DNA from: Clostridiales bacterium
GTDB taxonomy: Bacteria > Bacillota > Clostridia > Oscillospirales > JAAYXM01
DNA length: 34,970 nucleotides
Direction of reading: 5' to 3'
Assembly: GCA_012515925.1 (NCBI GenBank)
Contig: JAAYXM010000033.1
Span: 1 to 34,970 of the forward strand
The translations under genes and the position numbers were made by a program. The first letter of the stretch is position 1. Every line of letters begins with the position of its first letter. Shown here one piece after another: positions 1 through 9,017 of the stretch. The notes under the pieces were generated by a model that was not told the origin of the DNA, ran no database searches, and worked only from the letters and a program-made list of their open reading frames with translations.

Positions 1-602
1 AGCGCCGCGGTCTCGACTGTGCCGCCGAGCCCCACGCCGACGATTACGGGCGGACACGGGTTTGAGCCCGCCTTCGACACGCATTCGGTTATAAAGTCAA
101 GTATGTCCTCCGCTGCCGCGGTGGGCTTGAACATGCGCATCGCGCTCATGTTCTCGCTGCCGAACCCCTTGGGCGAAACCGTAATCTTAAGCTTATCGCC
201 CGGCACAATCCGCGTATGTATCACGGCGGGCGTGTTGTCGCCGGTGTTCTCGCGAACAAGCGGGTCCCTTACGACTGACAGGCGAAGCTTGCCGTCTGTG
301 TATCCGCGCCTTACCCCGCGGTTTACCGCCTCGTATAAATCCCCGCCCGTGATATGCAGATCCTGACCGATATCTAAAAACACAACCGTCATTCCGGTGT
401 CCTGACACGCCGGAATGCTTTTTTCTTTGGCAATCCCCGCGTTTTTAAGCATAGTATCGAATATTTCACGTCCGACGGGGGATTTCTCGGTTTCCCTGCC
501 CCGCTTAAACGCGCGTATCAGATCATCGCCGAGCACGCAGCACGCCTCTATACAGAGCCTCGCGACCTCGCGCTCGATTATTTCCGCCGAAATCTCTCTC
601 AT
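1..602 (-). CDS. Class I fumarate hydratase / tartrate dehydratase alpha subunit (Fe-S hydro-lyase), N-terminal ~200 aa; the 3' end runs off the left edge
   Basis: Absent from the ORF track because it is open to the window edge. My translation of the minus strand from the ATG at 602-600 gives MREISAEIIEREVARLCIEACCVLGDDLIRAFKRGRETEKSPVGREIFDTMLKNAGIAKEKSIPACQDTGMTVVFLDIGQD ... NPCPPVIVGVGLGGTVETAA. ACQDTG and PPVIVGVGLGG are hallmark motifs of the FumA/TtdA alpha family. The start lies 1 nt after the upstream gene's stop. Confidence 0.8.
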   Translation of the reverse strand, partial: MREISAEIIEREVARLCIEACCVLGDDLIRAFKRGRETEKSPVGREIFDTMLKNAGIAKEKSIPACQDTGMTVVFLDIGQDLHITGGDLYEAVNRGVRRGYTDGKLRLSVVRDPLVRENTGDNTPAVIHTRIVPGDKLKITVSPKGFGSENMSAMRMFKPTAAAEDILDFITECVSKAGSNPCPPVIVGVGLGGTVETAA

Positions 603-603
603 A

Positions 604-1746
604 TCAGACAACTCTTTCCCCGTCAATGAAAACATGACTTATTTTTGTGCGCGTGTCAAACGGGTGCCCGTCAAACACCACGATATCCGCGTCCTTGCCC
701 GCGGCGATTGAGCCAATCCTCGAACCAAGCCCAAGAAGCTCCGCGGGGTAAACCGTAACCGCCTTAAACGCCTCCTCGTCCGTCATGCCCTCCCTCGCCG
801 CGAGAGCGGCGCCGAGCATCAGATAATCCTGAGGCGATTCGGGATGGTCCGTGCATATCGCTGTACGTATTCCCGCCTTGCAGAGCCGCGCCGCGTTCTC
901 ACGTGACTGCGCGGCAAGCTCGGGCTTGCTGCGTGTAGTCAAAAACGGCCCGACAATCGCGTCCGCGTTATCATTCTTAAGCTCGTCGGCAATCATATAC
1001 CCTTCGGTGCAGTGCAGCAGCGTGTACCTGATGTCAAATTCCTTCGCTATCCTGATTGCGGTAAATATATCGTCCGCCCTGTGGCAGTGTATATGCGCGG
1101 GTATGTTTTTATTGAGAAGCGGCAGTAGGGCCTCAAGCTTGAAATCCAAATCGCAGTCATCGTCAACCTCGCGCTTCCCGCGATATTCCGACGCCTTTGC
1201 GAGAGTCTCCCTGATAATAGCGGCGGTAGCCATTCGCGTAACGGGCGAGCGCTCCTTTTCGTTATAAACGCGCTTCGGATTTTCGCCGAGCGCGAATTTC
1301 ATCGCGACGCACGGGGATATTATCATATCGTCAACCCGCCCGCCCCGGGTTTTAAGCGCGGCAATCTGCCCGCCTATCGGGTTTGCGGAGCCGGGACCCA
1401 CCGCGACCGTGGTAATGCCCGCGGAGAGCGCCTCGGAAAACGCCCCGTCTTTAGGGTTTATCGCGTCAAGCGCGCGCAGATGCGGCGTTATCGGGTCGGT
1501 ATCCTCGTTTTCGTCCTCGCCGTCCGCGTTGATTATTTCCTCATATATTCCGACGTGGGAATGCGCGTCAACGAGCCCGGGCAGGACAATCTTTCCGCTT
1601 AAATCGATTCTTTCGCAGTCTAAGTCCGGGCACTCATCCATATCGCCCGCCTTGATTATTTTATTGCCCTCAATCAATATGTAACCGTTTTCGGGCGTAT
1701 ACCCGTCCATTGTGTATATTTTTCCGCCATATAACAAAACACTCAT
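604..1746 (-). CDS. Metal-dependent amidohydrolase family protein
   Basis: 380-aa ORF. It has an N-terminal PGLVDAHSHVG metal-binding HxH motif, a later HCH, and a C-terminal GKDADIVVFD motif typical of the amidohydrolase superfamily. The substrate cannot be inferred. Confidence 0.8.
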   Translation of the reverse strand: MSVLLYGGKIYTMDGYTPENGYILIEGNKIIKAGDMDECPDLDCERIDLSGKIVLPGLVDAHSHVGIYEEIINADGEDENEDTDPITPHLRALDAINPKDGAFSEALSAGITTVAVGPGSANPIGGQIAALKTRGGRVDDMIISPCVAMKFALGENPKRVYNEKERSPVTRMATAAIIRETLAKASEYRGKREVDDDCDLDFKLEALLPLLNKNIPAHIHCHRADDIFTAIRIAKEFDIRYTLLHCTEGYMIADELKNDNADAIVGPFLTTRSKPELAAQSRENAARLCKAGIRTAICTDHPESPQDYLMLGAALAAREGMTDEEAFKAVTVYPAELLGLGSRIGSIAAGKDADIVVFDGHPFDTRTKISHVFIDGERVV

Positions 1747-1755
1747 AATAAAGCC

Positions 1756-2661
1756 CTACTTCCCGCAGTAAAATCCCGCCTCGCGCGCCGCGACCGCGCC
1801 GTCCGCGCACGCGGTGACTATCTGATACATGGGTTTTTTGCGCAAATCACCCGCGGCGAATACACCCGGGACGCCGGTTTTCGTATCCTCGCCGGCAAGC
1901 ACGTACCCCGCCTCGTCAAGCGGGATTTTGCCTTGCACAAGCTCGGTATTCGGTATCATTCCGACCGCTATGAAGCACGCGGAAACATTTATTTCGCTTT
2001 GCGCCCCGTCCTTAACGTTTTTAACCGTTACGCTCTCTACGCGCTCCGCTCCGTTTATTTCCGAAACCACGCTGTCGAGTACAAGCCTGATTTTCCCGTT
2101 TTTCCTGACGGCTTCCGCAAGACCCGCGAAACCGCGGAATTCATCGCGGCGATGGATTAAATAGACGGTATCGCAGATGTTCGCGAGATATATCGCGTCC
2201 TCGAGCGCGGTGTTCCCGCCGCCCACGATACACACGTCGCGGCCGCGGAAAAACCCGCCGTCACAGGTGGCGCAGTATGATACGCCGCGCCCGGCGAGGC
2301 GTTTTTCGCCCTCAAGCCCAAGCTCCCGGCGGCGCGCGCCCATCGCGAGGATTATGCTTTTTACCGGATAGCTGCCCTTGTCTGTCCTTACATACCGGTT
2401 TCCCTCGCCGACGGAAACCTCAAGAATATCCTCGTTTACAATCTCCGCGCCCAGCCCGCGCGCATGCTTGTCCATCGCGGCGGAAAGCTCGAAGCCTGAA
2501 ACCCTCTCAAAGCCCGGGTAGTTGTCTATCTCCGGCGATATCGCCGCCTGTCCTCCCGAGAACTGCTTTTCGAAGACAAGGGTTTTAAGCCCGGCCCTCG
2601 CTGCGTATATTGCCGAGCAAAGTCCCGCGGGACCCGCGCCTGCTATAATCACGTCATGCAT
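1756..2661 (-). CDS. trxB: Thioredoxin-disulfide reductase
   Basis: 301 aa, with the FAD motif IIAGAGPAG, the redox-active CATCDG, and a second dinucleotide motif VGGGNTALEDA. Confidence 0.93.
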   Translation of the reverse strand: MHDVIIAGAGPAGLCSAIYAARAGLKTLVFEKQFSGGQAAISPEIDNYPGFERVSGFELSAAMDKHARGLGAEIVNEDILEVSVGEGNRYVRTDKGSYPVKSIILAMGARRRELGLEGEKRLAGRGVSYCATCDGGFFRGRDVCIVGGGNTALEDAIYLANICDTVYLIHRRDEFRGFAGLAEAVRKNGKIRLVLDSVVSEINGAERVESVTVKNVKDGAQSEINVSACFIAVGMIPNTELVQGKIPLDEAGYVLAGEDTKTGVPGVFAAGDLRKKPMYQIVTACADGAVAAREAGFYCGK

Positions 2662-2682
2662 TTTCCCACACTCCGCTTCTTT

Positions 2683-4098
2683 CTATTTCTTTTCGTTATA
2701 AAACGCGTAAATCGCCTTGTACGTCATATACACATCCAGCTTTGAAACAACCTCGAACGGCGAGTGCATACTGAGTACCGGAACGCCCGCGTCTATTGTG
2801 TCGATATTGCGCTGCGCCATGAACATCGCGACGGTACCGCCGCCGCCCTGGTCAACCTTACCGAGCGCGCCCATCTGCCAGATAACGCCGCTTTCGTCAA
2901 AAATCCTGCGCATACGCGCAACAAGCTCTGCCGCCGCGTCGCTCGCGCCGGATTTGCCGCGGGCGCCCGTGTACTTGCACAGGGACATACCGCAGTTGAT
3001 ATACGCGGCGTTGCGTTTGTCCAAAACGTCCGGGAAATTCGGGTCCATGCCCGCCAGCACGTCCGCGGACAGACAGCAGGATTTCTCATAGCATTCGCGA
3101 AGTGTCGTGCCGAGGCTTTCACACATATCCTCGACAAACGTATCAAAGTATTTTGACTTCATGCCGCTTACACCCTCGGAGCCTATTTCCTCCTTGTCCG
3201 CAAGCGCGCAAACCGCGGTCACCTCGGGATTTACGCAGTCAAACAGCGCGGTGAGCGCCGGGTACGCGCAAACCCTGTCGTCATGCCCGAACGCGCCGAT
3301 AAGCGATTTATCAAGTCCCACGTCCCGCGCGGGGAAAGCCGGCACAATCGAGAGCTCGGCGGACAGAAAATCCTCCTCCGTCATGCCGTACCTGTCGTTT
3401 AGCAGCTTTAATATATTAAGCTTGACATTATCCTTCCCGAGCTTTTCCTCTATATACGGCTCGCTTCCCACTAAAACGTTCAGCGACTCGCCCGGAAAGC
3501 TGTCCGCCAGTGATTTGGCCATCTGCTCCTTGCCTAAATGGGGCAGCAAATCCGTTATCGTGAATACCGGGTCGTTATTGCCCTCGCCTATTGAAAGCTC
3601 GATTGTCTTTCCGTTCTTTGTCGCCACAACTCCGTGCAGCGCGAGCGGAATCGCGGGCCATTGATACTTCTTTATGCCCCCGTAGTAATGCGTCTTCAAA
3701 AGGCACTGGCCGTTTTCCTCATACATCGGGTTTTGCTTGATATCTATATGGGGCGCGTCGATATGCGCGGCGGCGATGTTGATGCCGTCGTCCAATCGCG
3801 CGCTGCCTATTACGGCGAACACCGCGCTTTTCCCGCGGTTTACCTGATAAATCCTGTCCCCGGCTTTGAGCTTCATGCCGCGCTTAAACTCGACGAAGCC
3901 GCGCTTTCTCGCCGCGTCCACCGCGAGCTTAACACACGCGCGCTCGGTTTTTCCGGCATTGACAAAATCCTTGTATCCCTCGCAATACTCGTGTATCCGG
4001 AGCTTATCCTCCCCGTTTAAGCGCGCGTATCCGTTTTTTGGTTTATACATAAGCTTTTCACGCAGAAGCTCGCCTTCCTTTTTCCTGTCATTGCTCAT
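2683..4098 (-). CDS. M18-family (aspartyl/ApeA-like) aminopeptidase
   Basis: Long ORF 2683..4113. It contains GHDDRVCAY and EEIGSEG metal-ligand-type motifs typical of M18/M42 aminopeptidases. I prefer the ATG at 4098 (GGAAAGG about 6 nt upstream) over the GTG at 4113, which has no spaced SD. Confidence 0.75.
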   Translation of the reverse strand: MSNDRKKEGELLREKLMYKPKNGYARLNGEDKLRIHEYCEGYKDFVNAGKTERACVKLAVDAARKRGFVEFKRGMKLKAGDRIYQVNRGKSAVFAVIGSARLDDGINIAAAHIDAPHIDIKQNPMYEENGQCLLKTHYYGGIKKYQWPAIPLALHGVVATKNGKTIELSIGEGNNDPVFTITDLLPHLGKEQMAKSLADSFPGESLNVLVGSEPYIEEKLGKDNVKLNILKLLNDRYGMTEEDFLSAELSIVPAFPARDVGLDKSLIGAFGHDDRVCAYPALTALFDCVNPEVTAVCALADKEEIGSEGVSGMKSKYFDTFVEDMCESLGTTLRECYEKSCCLSADVLAGMDPNFPDVLDKRNAAYINCGMSLCKYTGARGKSGASDAAAELVARMRRIFDESGVIWQMGALGKVDQGGGGTVAMFMAQRNIDTIDAGVPVLSMHSPFEVVSKLDVYMTYKAIYAFYNEKK

Positions 4099-4128
4099 AT
4101 CTTGCCTTTCCACCCTTCGAAGAATCTT

Positions 4129-4752
4129 TTATAAAACATGTTCGTTTTCGTGCCGGCTTCCGTCCCCGGAAATCAGGTTGTATATTCTCTTAACCTCGTC
4201 CTCGGGCTTCATATCCGACCCGTCGTTTACTATCGTAAAGTCGCATTTATTCAGATAAAAATCACTTCCGGGCTGCGCCGAAATGCGCTTAATCGCGGTC
4301 TGTTCGGGTATATTGTCGCGCCTTGTTATACGTTTCACCCGTTCCTCGATTGAAGCCACGACACATACCGTAATATCGCAGATACCGTCGGTACCGCTTT
4401 CAAACAGCGCAATCGCGTCGATAACGACAAACGGCACGTTTCTGCGATAACAGTCCCCTATTATCTCCTCGATTTCATGTATGACGTATTTATGTGTTAT
4501 CGCGTTAAGCTCCGAAAGCGCGTTTTCATCGGAAAACACGATTTCGGAAAGACTTTTCCGGTCGATTCCCCCTCCGGCGCTCCCGGCATCGGGAAACCTT
4601 TGGAGTATCTCTTTTCTAAGCTCCGCGGATTCTTCGAGCAGGTTATGATATACCTTATCCGCGTCGATAACATGGCCGCCGAGCGCGCCGAACGCGTTTG
4701 CCACGGTTGACTTCCCGGCGCCGCTGCCTCCGGTAACTCCGATTACTATCAT
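4129..4752 (-). CDS. coaE: Dephospho-CoA kinase
   Basis: 207 aa with an N-terminal P-loop IGVTGGSGAGKST and CoaE-like length and layout. Confidence 0.9.
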   Translation of the reverse strand: MIVIGVTGGSGAGKSTVANAFGALGGHVIDADKVYHNLLEESAELRKEILQRFPDAGSAGGGIDRKSLSEIVFSDENALSELNAITHKYVIHEIEEIIGDCYRRNVPFVVIDAIALFESGTDGICDITVCVVASIEERVKRITRRDNIPEQTAIKRISAQPGSDFYLNKCDFTIVNDGSDMKPEDEVKRIYNLISGDGSRHENEHVL

Positions 4753-4765
4753 GGAATTTCACCTT

Positions 4766-5806
4766 TCATTGATTCATATCGAGTATAATCCGGTTATAGC
4801 CCGCCGCCTTTTCCAGCCGGTTTATTACCGCAAGCTCAATACCCTCGCCGATCCCGGGCTCTCTCGCGTAAATCTCTTCCGCTCCCGATTCGTCGGCGCG
4901 GCGCAGCGCGTCAAAAAGCCCGCGGGCAAGCTCGGCCGGCTCGCTTTCCCTGCCGTAGGGTATAACCGGCGCGCCTGTTTCCTTAAAGCTTTCCGCCTCT
5001 TCCTCAAAGCATATGACCGCCACTTTGCGGTTTACGCTTTGCTTTTTTATAAACTCCGCCGCGTCGGAAAGCCCGCCGATTAATACCTTAACCGGGGCTT
5101 TGGGCGCGTAATGCCTGTATTTCATTCCGGGCGAGCGAACCTCGCCGACCGCCTCGAAGCTTGTATCGACCTTTCCCAGAACTCTTTTAAGCTGTGTAAG
5201 CGTAATGCCGCCGGGGCGCAAAACCACGGGGGTTTCACGCGTCATGTCAATAACCGTGGACTCGACACCCACGCTGCAGCGTCCGCCGTCCACAATCGCT
5301 TTTACCCGCCCGTCGAGGTCCTCAATCACATGCTTCGCGTCCGTCGGGCTGGGTCTTCCGGAGATATTCGCCGAGGGCGCGGCAAGAGGCACGCCGGCGC
5401 TTCGGATAATCGCCCTCGCGAACCTGCCGCGGGGACAGCGCACGCCCACCGTATCAAGCCCCGCCGTGACAATCCCCGGCACAACGTCCTTTTTCTTAAG
5501 CACCATTGTAAGCGGCCCGGGCCAGAACGCGTGCGCCAGCTTATACGCGCTCTCGGGTATGTCCTCGCAGAGCTTTTCCAAATCATATTCCTCCGAGATA
5601 TGGACAATCAGCGGGTTGTCCTGCGGCCGTCCTTTTATCTCGAAAATCCGCGCTACCGCTTCCTCGTCCAAAGCGTTTGCCGCGAGGCCGTAAACCGTTT
5701 CCGTCGGTATCGCTATTACCTCACCGCCGCGCAAAAGCTCGCCCGCGCGGCGGATTTTATCTATATCCGAAACAATACTTCTGATTTTTAATATTTCCGT
5801 TTTCAT
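4766..5806 (-). CDS. tsaC: L-threonylcarbamoyladenylate synthase (YrdC domain plus Sua5 C-terminal domain)
   Basis: 346 aa with the YrdC signature IPTETVYGLAANA and SANISGRPSPT. The length fits the long Sua5/YwlC form. Confidence 0.9.
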   Translation of the reverse strand: MKTEILKIRSIVSDIDKIRRAGELLRGGEVIAIPTETVYGLAANALDEEAVARIFEIKGRPQDNPLIVHISEEYDLEKLCEDIPESAYKLAHAFWPGPLTMVLKKKDVVPGIVTAGLDTVGVRCPRGRFARAIIRSAGVPLAAPSANISGRPSPTDAKHVIEDLDGRVKAIVDGGRCSVGVESTVIDMTRETPVVLRPGGITLTQLKRVLGKVDTSFEAVGEVRSPGMKYRHYAPKAPVKVLIGGLSDAAEFIKKQSVNRKVAVICFEEEAESFKETGAPVIPYGRESEPAELARGLFDALRRADESGAEEIYAREPGIGEGIELAVINRLEKAAGYNRIILDMNQ

Positions 5807-5876
5807 TCTATTTCACTTTCCCGGTAAAAATACCGTTACAACATGAATATGCGGTTTATCACGTTAAAATGCGTTT

Positions 5877-6950
5877 TTAACCTGCTTCGTTAATACGGAG
5901 CTTTTCCGCCTGGTCGGCGGTGATAATCGCGTCAATCATCTCATCCATATCGCCGTTTAAAAACTGCTCGAGCTTATAAAGCGTCATTGATATGCGGTGG
6001 TCCGTGACCCTGCCCTGCGGGAAGTTGTACGTCCTGATTCTCTCGCTGCGGTCGCCCGTACCGACCTGGGTTTTACGCTGCGCGTCTATCTCGGATTTCT
6101 GCTTCTGCATTTCTATCTCGTAGATTTTTGAACGGAGAATTTTAATCGCGCGTTCGCGGTTTTTGTGCTGGCTGCGCTCGTCCTGACACTCAACGACAAT
6201 GCCCGTCGGCCGGTGCGTCAGCCGGATTGCGGACTCGGTTTTGTTGACATGCTGCCCGCCCGCGCCGGAGGCGCGAAACGTGTCCACGTCCACATCCGCC
6301 ATATTCAGCTCAACCTCGACATCCTCGGCCTCCGGCAAAACCGCGACCGTAACCGTCGAGGTATGTATCCTGCCGGAGGACTCGGTGTCCGGAACGCGCT
6401 GGACACGGTGCACGCCGCTCTCGAATTTCAGGCGCGAGTATGCGCCCTCGCCCTCGATAATAAAGCTTATCTCCTTTATGCCGCCGAGCTCCGTCTCGTT
6501 TATGTTTACAATATCGGCTTTCCATCTCCTGTTTTCGGCGTACATAGAATACATGCGGTACAGCGAGTTCGCGAACAGCGCCGCCTCCTCGCCGCCGGCG
6601 CCCGCGCGGATTTCGATTATGACGTTCTTATCGTCGTTCACGTCTCCGGGAAGAAGCAAAACCTTAAGCTTGTACTCGTAATCCTCGATTTTTTCCTTAA
6701 GCTCGTCAAACTCCTGCTGCGCGAGCTCACGAAGCTCCGCGTCAAGCCCGCCGCCGAGCATCTCCTTTAAATCCTCCGATTCACGCACGGCTTTTGTATA
6801 CTCGCGATACGCCCCGATAATCGGCGAAAGCTCCTTTTGCTCCTTTAATAGCTTTGCCGCCGCCGCGGGGTCGTTATACAGCTCGGGACTTGAGAGCTGT
6901 TTTTCGATATCTTCGTATTTTTCCTCCAGCAACGCAACCTTGTCAAGCAT
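5877..6950 (-). CDS. prfA: Peptide chain release factor 1
   Basis: 357 aa with the GGQ motif (SGAGGQHVNKTESA) and an RF1-type PxT tripeptide context (RVPDTESSGRIHTS). AAGGGG SD upstream. Confidence 0.95.
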   Translation of the reverse strand: MLDKVALLEEKYEDIEKQLSSPELYNDPAAAAKLLKEQKELSPIIGAYREYTKAVRESEDLKEMLGGGLDAELRELAQQEFDELKEKIEDYEYKLKVLLLPGDVNDDKNVIIEIRAGAGGEEAALFANSLYRMYSMYAENRRWKADIVNINETELGGIKEISFIIEGEGAYSRLKFESGVHRVQRVPDTESSGRIHTSTVTVAVLPEAEDVEVELNMADVDVDTFRASGAGGQHVNKTESAIRLTHRPTGIVVECQDERSQHKNRERAIKILRSKIYEIEMQKQKSEIDAQRKTQVGTGDRSERIRTYNFPQGRVTDHRISMTLYKLEQFLNGDMDEMIDAIITADQAEKLRINEAG

Positions 6951-6988
6951 TAATTATTCCCCTTAGTGTAGTATGAAAGTATATAAGA

Positions 6989-7543
6989 TTACCTGTCCTG
7001 TAAAGAGATATGGTCGACGGGCAAAGGCTTCGCGGCGCGCGGTATCGCGGCCGGCGTCTTTTCCTTTGTGTCGTCAATCGCGGCAATTGTTATGATAATT
7101 CGCGCGTGCGCCGCGTAAAGCACCGAATACGCGGTGTTAAGTCTTAGAATATCCTCCTGCGAATACAGAAGCTTAAGCGTTTTCCCGCCCTGCTTTACGA
7201 AGCTTAAAACGCAGTAGGACAGCGCGGGGTTGATACGCTCCTTTTTAATCGGCGCCGCATAGACCGCGTACTGCTGTATAAAGCCCGTATAGACAAGCTC
7301 TTCACGTTTAAAGCACCGAAACATAAGGTCATACAGAGCCGCGAGCCCGGGCCTGATGCCGCGGCGCAATAAAAAGCAGGACGTGACAAACAAAAGGATA
7401 AAGCATAACGCAAACGCGGCCGGCAAGCCCAGAAAGCACAGCGGGTACGAAAAAACCGCGCCGAGCCCCGCCGCGATAAACAGGCATATAAAGCTGTCGC
7501 GTATAAACATATACATTGCGGCAAAATAATCGGACGTGTTCAT
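6989..7543 (-). CDS. Hypothetical membrane protein (two N-terminal TM helices plus a soluble C-terminal part)
   Basis: 184-aa ORF co-directional with its neighbours. It has hydrophobic stretches FICLFIAAGLGAVFSYPLCFLGL and AAFALCFILLFVTSCFLL. An extended -10 (TGgTAAAAT) lies upstream on the minus strand. I recognise no family. Confidence 0.6.
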   Translation of the reverse strand: MNTSDYFAAMYMFIRDSFICLFIAAGLGAVFSYPLCFLGLPAAFALCFILLFVTSCFLLRRGIRPGLAALYDLMFRCFKREELVYTGFIQQYAVYAAPIKKERINPALSYCVLSFVKQGGKTLKLLYSQEDILRLNTAYSVLYAAHARIIITIAAIDDTKEKTPAAIPRAAKPLPVDHISLQDR

Positions 7544-7662
7544 GGCTTTTCAACCTTTGCACCAATATTCCGACGGGATGCTTTTTTATATTTTACCATA
7601 TCGGCGGAAAAATTTCTATTTATATTCTTTTTCCCGTTCACCCACGCAAACCGGAAGTGGTT

Positions 7663-7706
7663 CCGTTGTCGCTCCCCCGAGTGGGGAGCAGCAACAGCGG
7701 CAATTA
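7663..7706. repeat. Solitary GC-rich hairpin-repeat element (family copy A)
   Basis: The stem GCTCCCC(7671-7677)/GGGGAGC(7683-7689) has loop CGAGT. An outer stem GTTG(7665-7668)/CAAC(7692-7695) flanks it, followed by the tail AGCGGCAATTA. It sits 25-70 nt downstream of the GHL10 gene stop at 7731. Confidence 0.8.
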
Positions 7707-7730
7707 ATTTTACAACTTGCTTTTACCGCT

Positions 7731-8942
7731 CTATGATTGGGAATACTCTTTTTTCAGAGCCTCGACCAGCGCGTCTGTCCGGAGGTACGTGCCGAGTCTG
7801 AAATGTATACTGCCCTTTACCTCTTCATACTGCTTATTGAGATTAAGCTGGCGGATAATCTCGTCCGCGCCGTACCACACATCGCCGGGCTCCGCCTCAA
7901 GGACCCTGTAGCCCGCGTGTCCCGTGTACAGCTTTACCCCGGTACCGCGCGCAACGCCCGCCCACCAGGCTAAAAGCTTTGCGTAGTCCGCGCTCTCGTG
8001 CCCGATATTCCAGTAAATCTGCGGCGCGATATAGTCGACAAGCTCGTTTCTTACCCATTTGCGCGAATCGCAGTAATAGACGCTGTACGACTCTAAGCCC
8101 TTAGTATCGCTTCCGAGCCCGGTCGAATCATTGTTTTGCCATATGCCGAACGGACTGACGCCGAATTCAGCCTCGGGCTTGACCGTCTTAATCAGGTCGC
8201 GGGTTTTTTTAATTAAGGTGTTTATGTTTTCGCGCCGCCAGTCGCCGACGCTTTCAAAGCTTTCCCCGTATTTTTCGAATTCCTCCGCGTCGTCAAACTC
8301 GATTCCGGGGTAAAAATAGTCGTCGAAATGAATCCCGTCGATATCGTAGTTTATAATAAGCTCCTCGACGCCGCCGACAATATAGTCTATTACCCCGGGG
8401 ATACCCGGATTGAAATACAGATTATGCTTATATTCCTCGCTCCAGTCCGGGTTAAGCCTCGCGGGGTGATTTTCCGCGAGCGTATTAATATCGGCATTCG
8501 GCTTGTCTTTTGTACCGCCGCGTGTTATCCGAAACGGGTTAATCCACGCGTGAAGCTCCATGCCGCGTTTGTGCGCCTGCTCGGTCCAGAACATGAGCGG
8601 GTCAAAATCACCGTCCGGGGCTTTACCCTGCGTACCGCTCAAATACTCCGACCACGGGAACAGAAGCGAGGGATAAAGCGCGTCGGCGCATGGCCTGACC
8701 TGCAGGAAAACCGCGTTAAACCCGATTTCACGGGCTTTGTCAAGCAGGTATTCCGCTTCCTCACGAAGCCGCGCCGAATTAAGCCCCGTGCGGGACGGGT
8801 AGTCAAGGTTTATAACGCTTGCCACCCACACGCCGCGAAGCCCGGTATCGCGTTCTTGTATAGTTTCGGGCTTTTTGATATAATCACAGGAAGCAAGAGC
8901 GATAAAAGCCGGAATTAATAAACACAGTATTCGCTTAATCAT
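7731..8942 (-). CDS. Glycoside-hydrolase-like family 10 (GHL10/YngK-type) lipoprotein
   Basis: The ORF-track ORF 7731..9071 is trimmed to the ATG at 8942, which has GGAGGG 7 nt upstream. This gives MIKRILCLLIPAFIALASC, a signal peptide with lipobox LASC. The body (LRGVWVASVINLDYPS, FNAVFLQVRP, ELHAWINPF) resembles the YngK/DUF187 glycosyl-hydrolase-like family. Confidence 0.8.
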   Translation of the reverse strand: MIKRILCLLIPAFIALASCDYIKKPETIQERDTGLRGVWVASVINLDYPSRTGLNSARLREEAEYLLDKAREIGFNAVFLQVRPCADALYPSLLFPWSEYLSGTQGKAPDGDFDPLMFWTEQAHKRGMELHAWINPFRITRGGTKDKPNADINTLAENHPARLNPDWSEEYKHNLYFNPGIPGVIDYIVGGVEELIINYDIDGIHFDDYFYPGIEFDDAEEFEKYGESFESVGDWRRENINTLIKKTRDLIKTVKPEAEFGVSPFGIWQNNDSTGLGSDTKGLESYSVYYCDSRKWVRNELVDYIAPQIYWNIGHESADYAKLLAWWAGVARGTGVKLYTGHAGYRVLEAEPGDVWYGADEIIRQLNLNKQYEEVKGSIHFRLGTYLRTDALVEALKKEYSQS

Positions 8943-9017
8943 TTTACCCTCCGCATTTAAATCATAATGATTATATGCCAAGATTAAAAGCGAATTATGC
9001 AATATACTATAATTAAG

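Noticed and set aside
19-711. Plus-strand ORFs 19..366 and 415..711 at the left edge
   Set aside because: The minus strand encodes a recognisable fumarate-hydratase alpha subunit with hallmark motifs. The plus ORFs are its shadow frames, and the second also overlaps the amidohydrolase 3' end.
5111-5791. Numerous 60-230-aa alternative-frame or antisense ORFs inside real genes, for example 5111..5791, 6165..6770, 8328..8918, 14519..15130, 17413..17982 and 24677..25159
   Set aside because: Each lies wholly within a confidently assigned gene, has an Arg/Pro/Ser/Ala-rich composition, and lacks an SD. They are frame shadows expected in GC-rich coding DNA.
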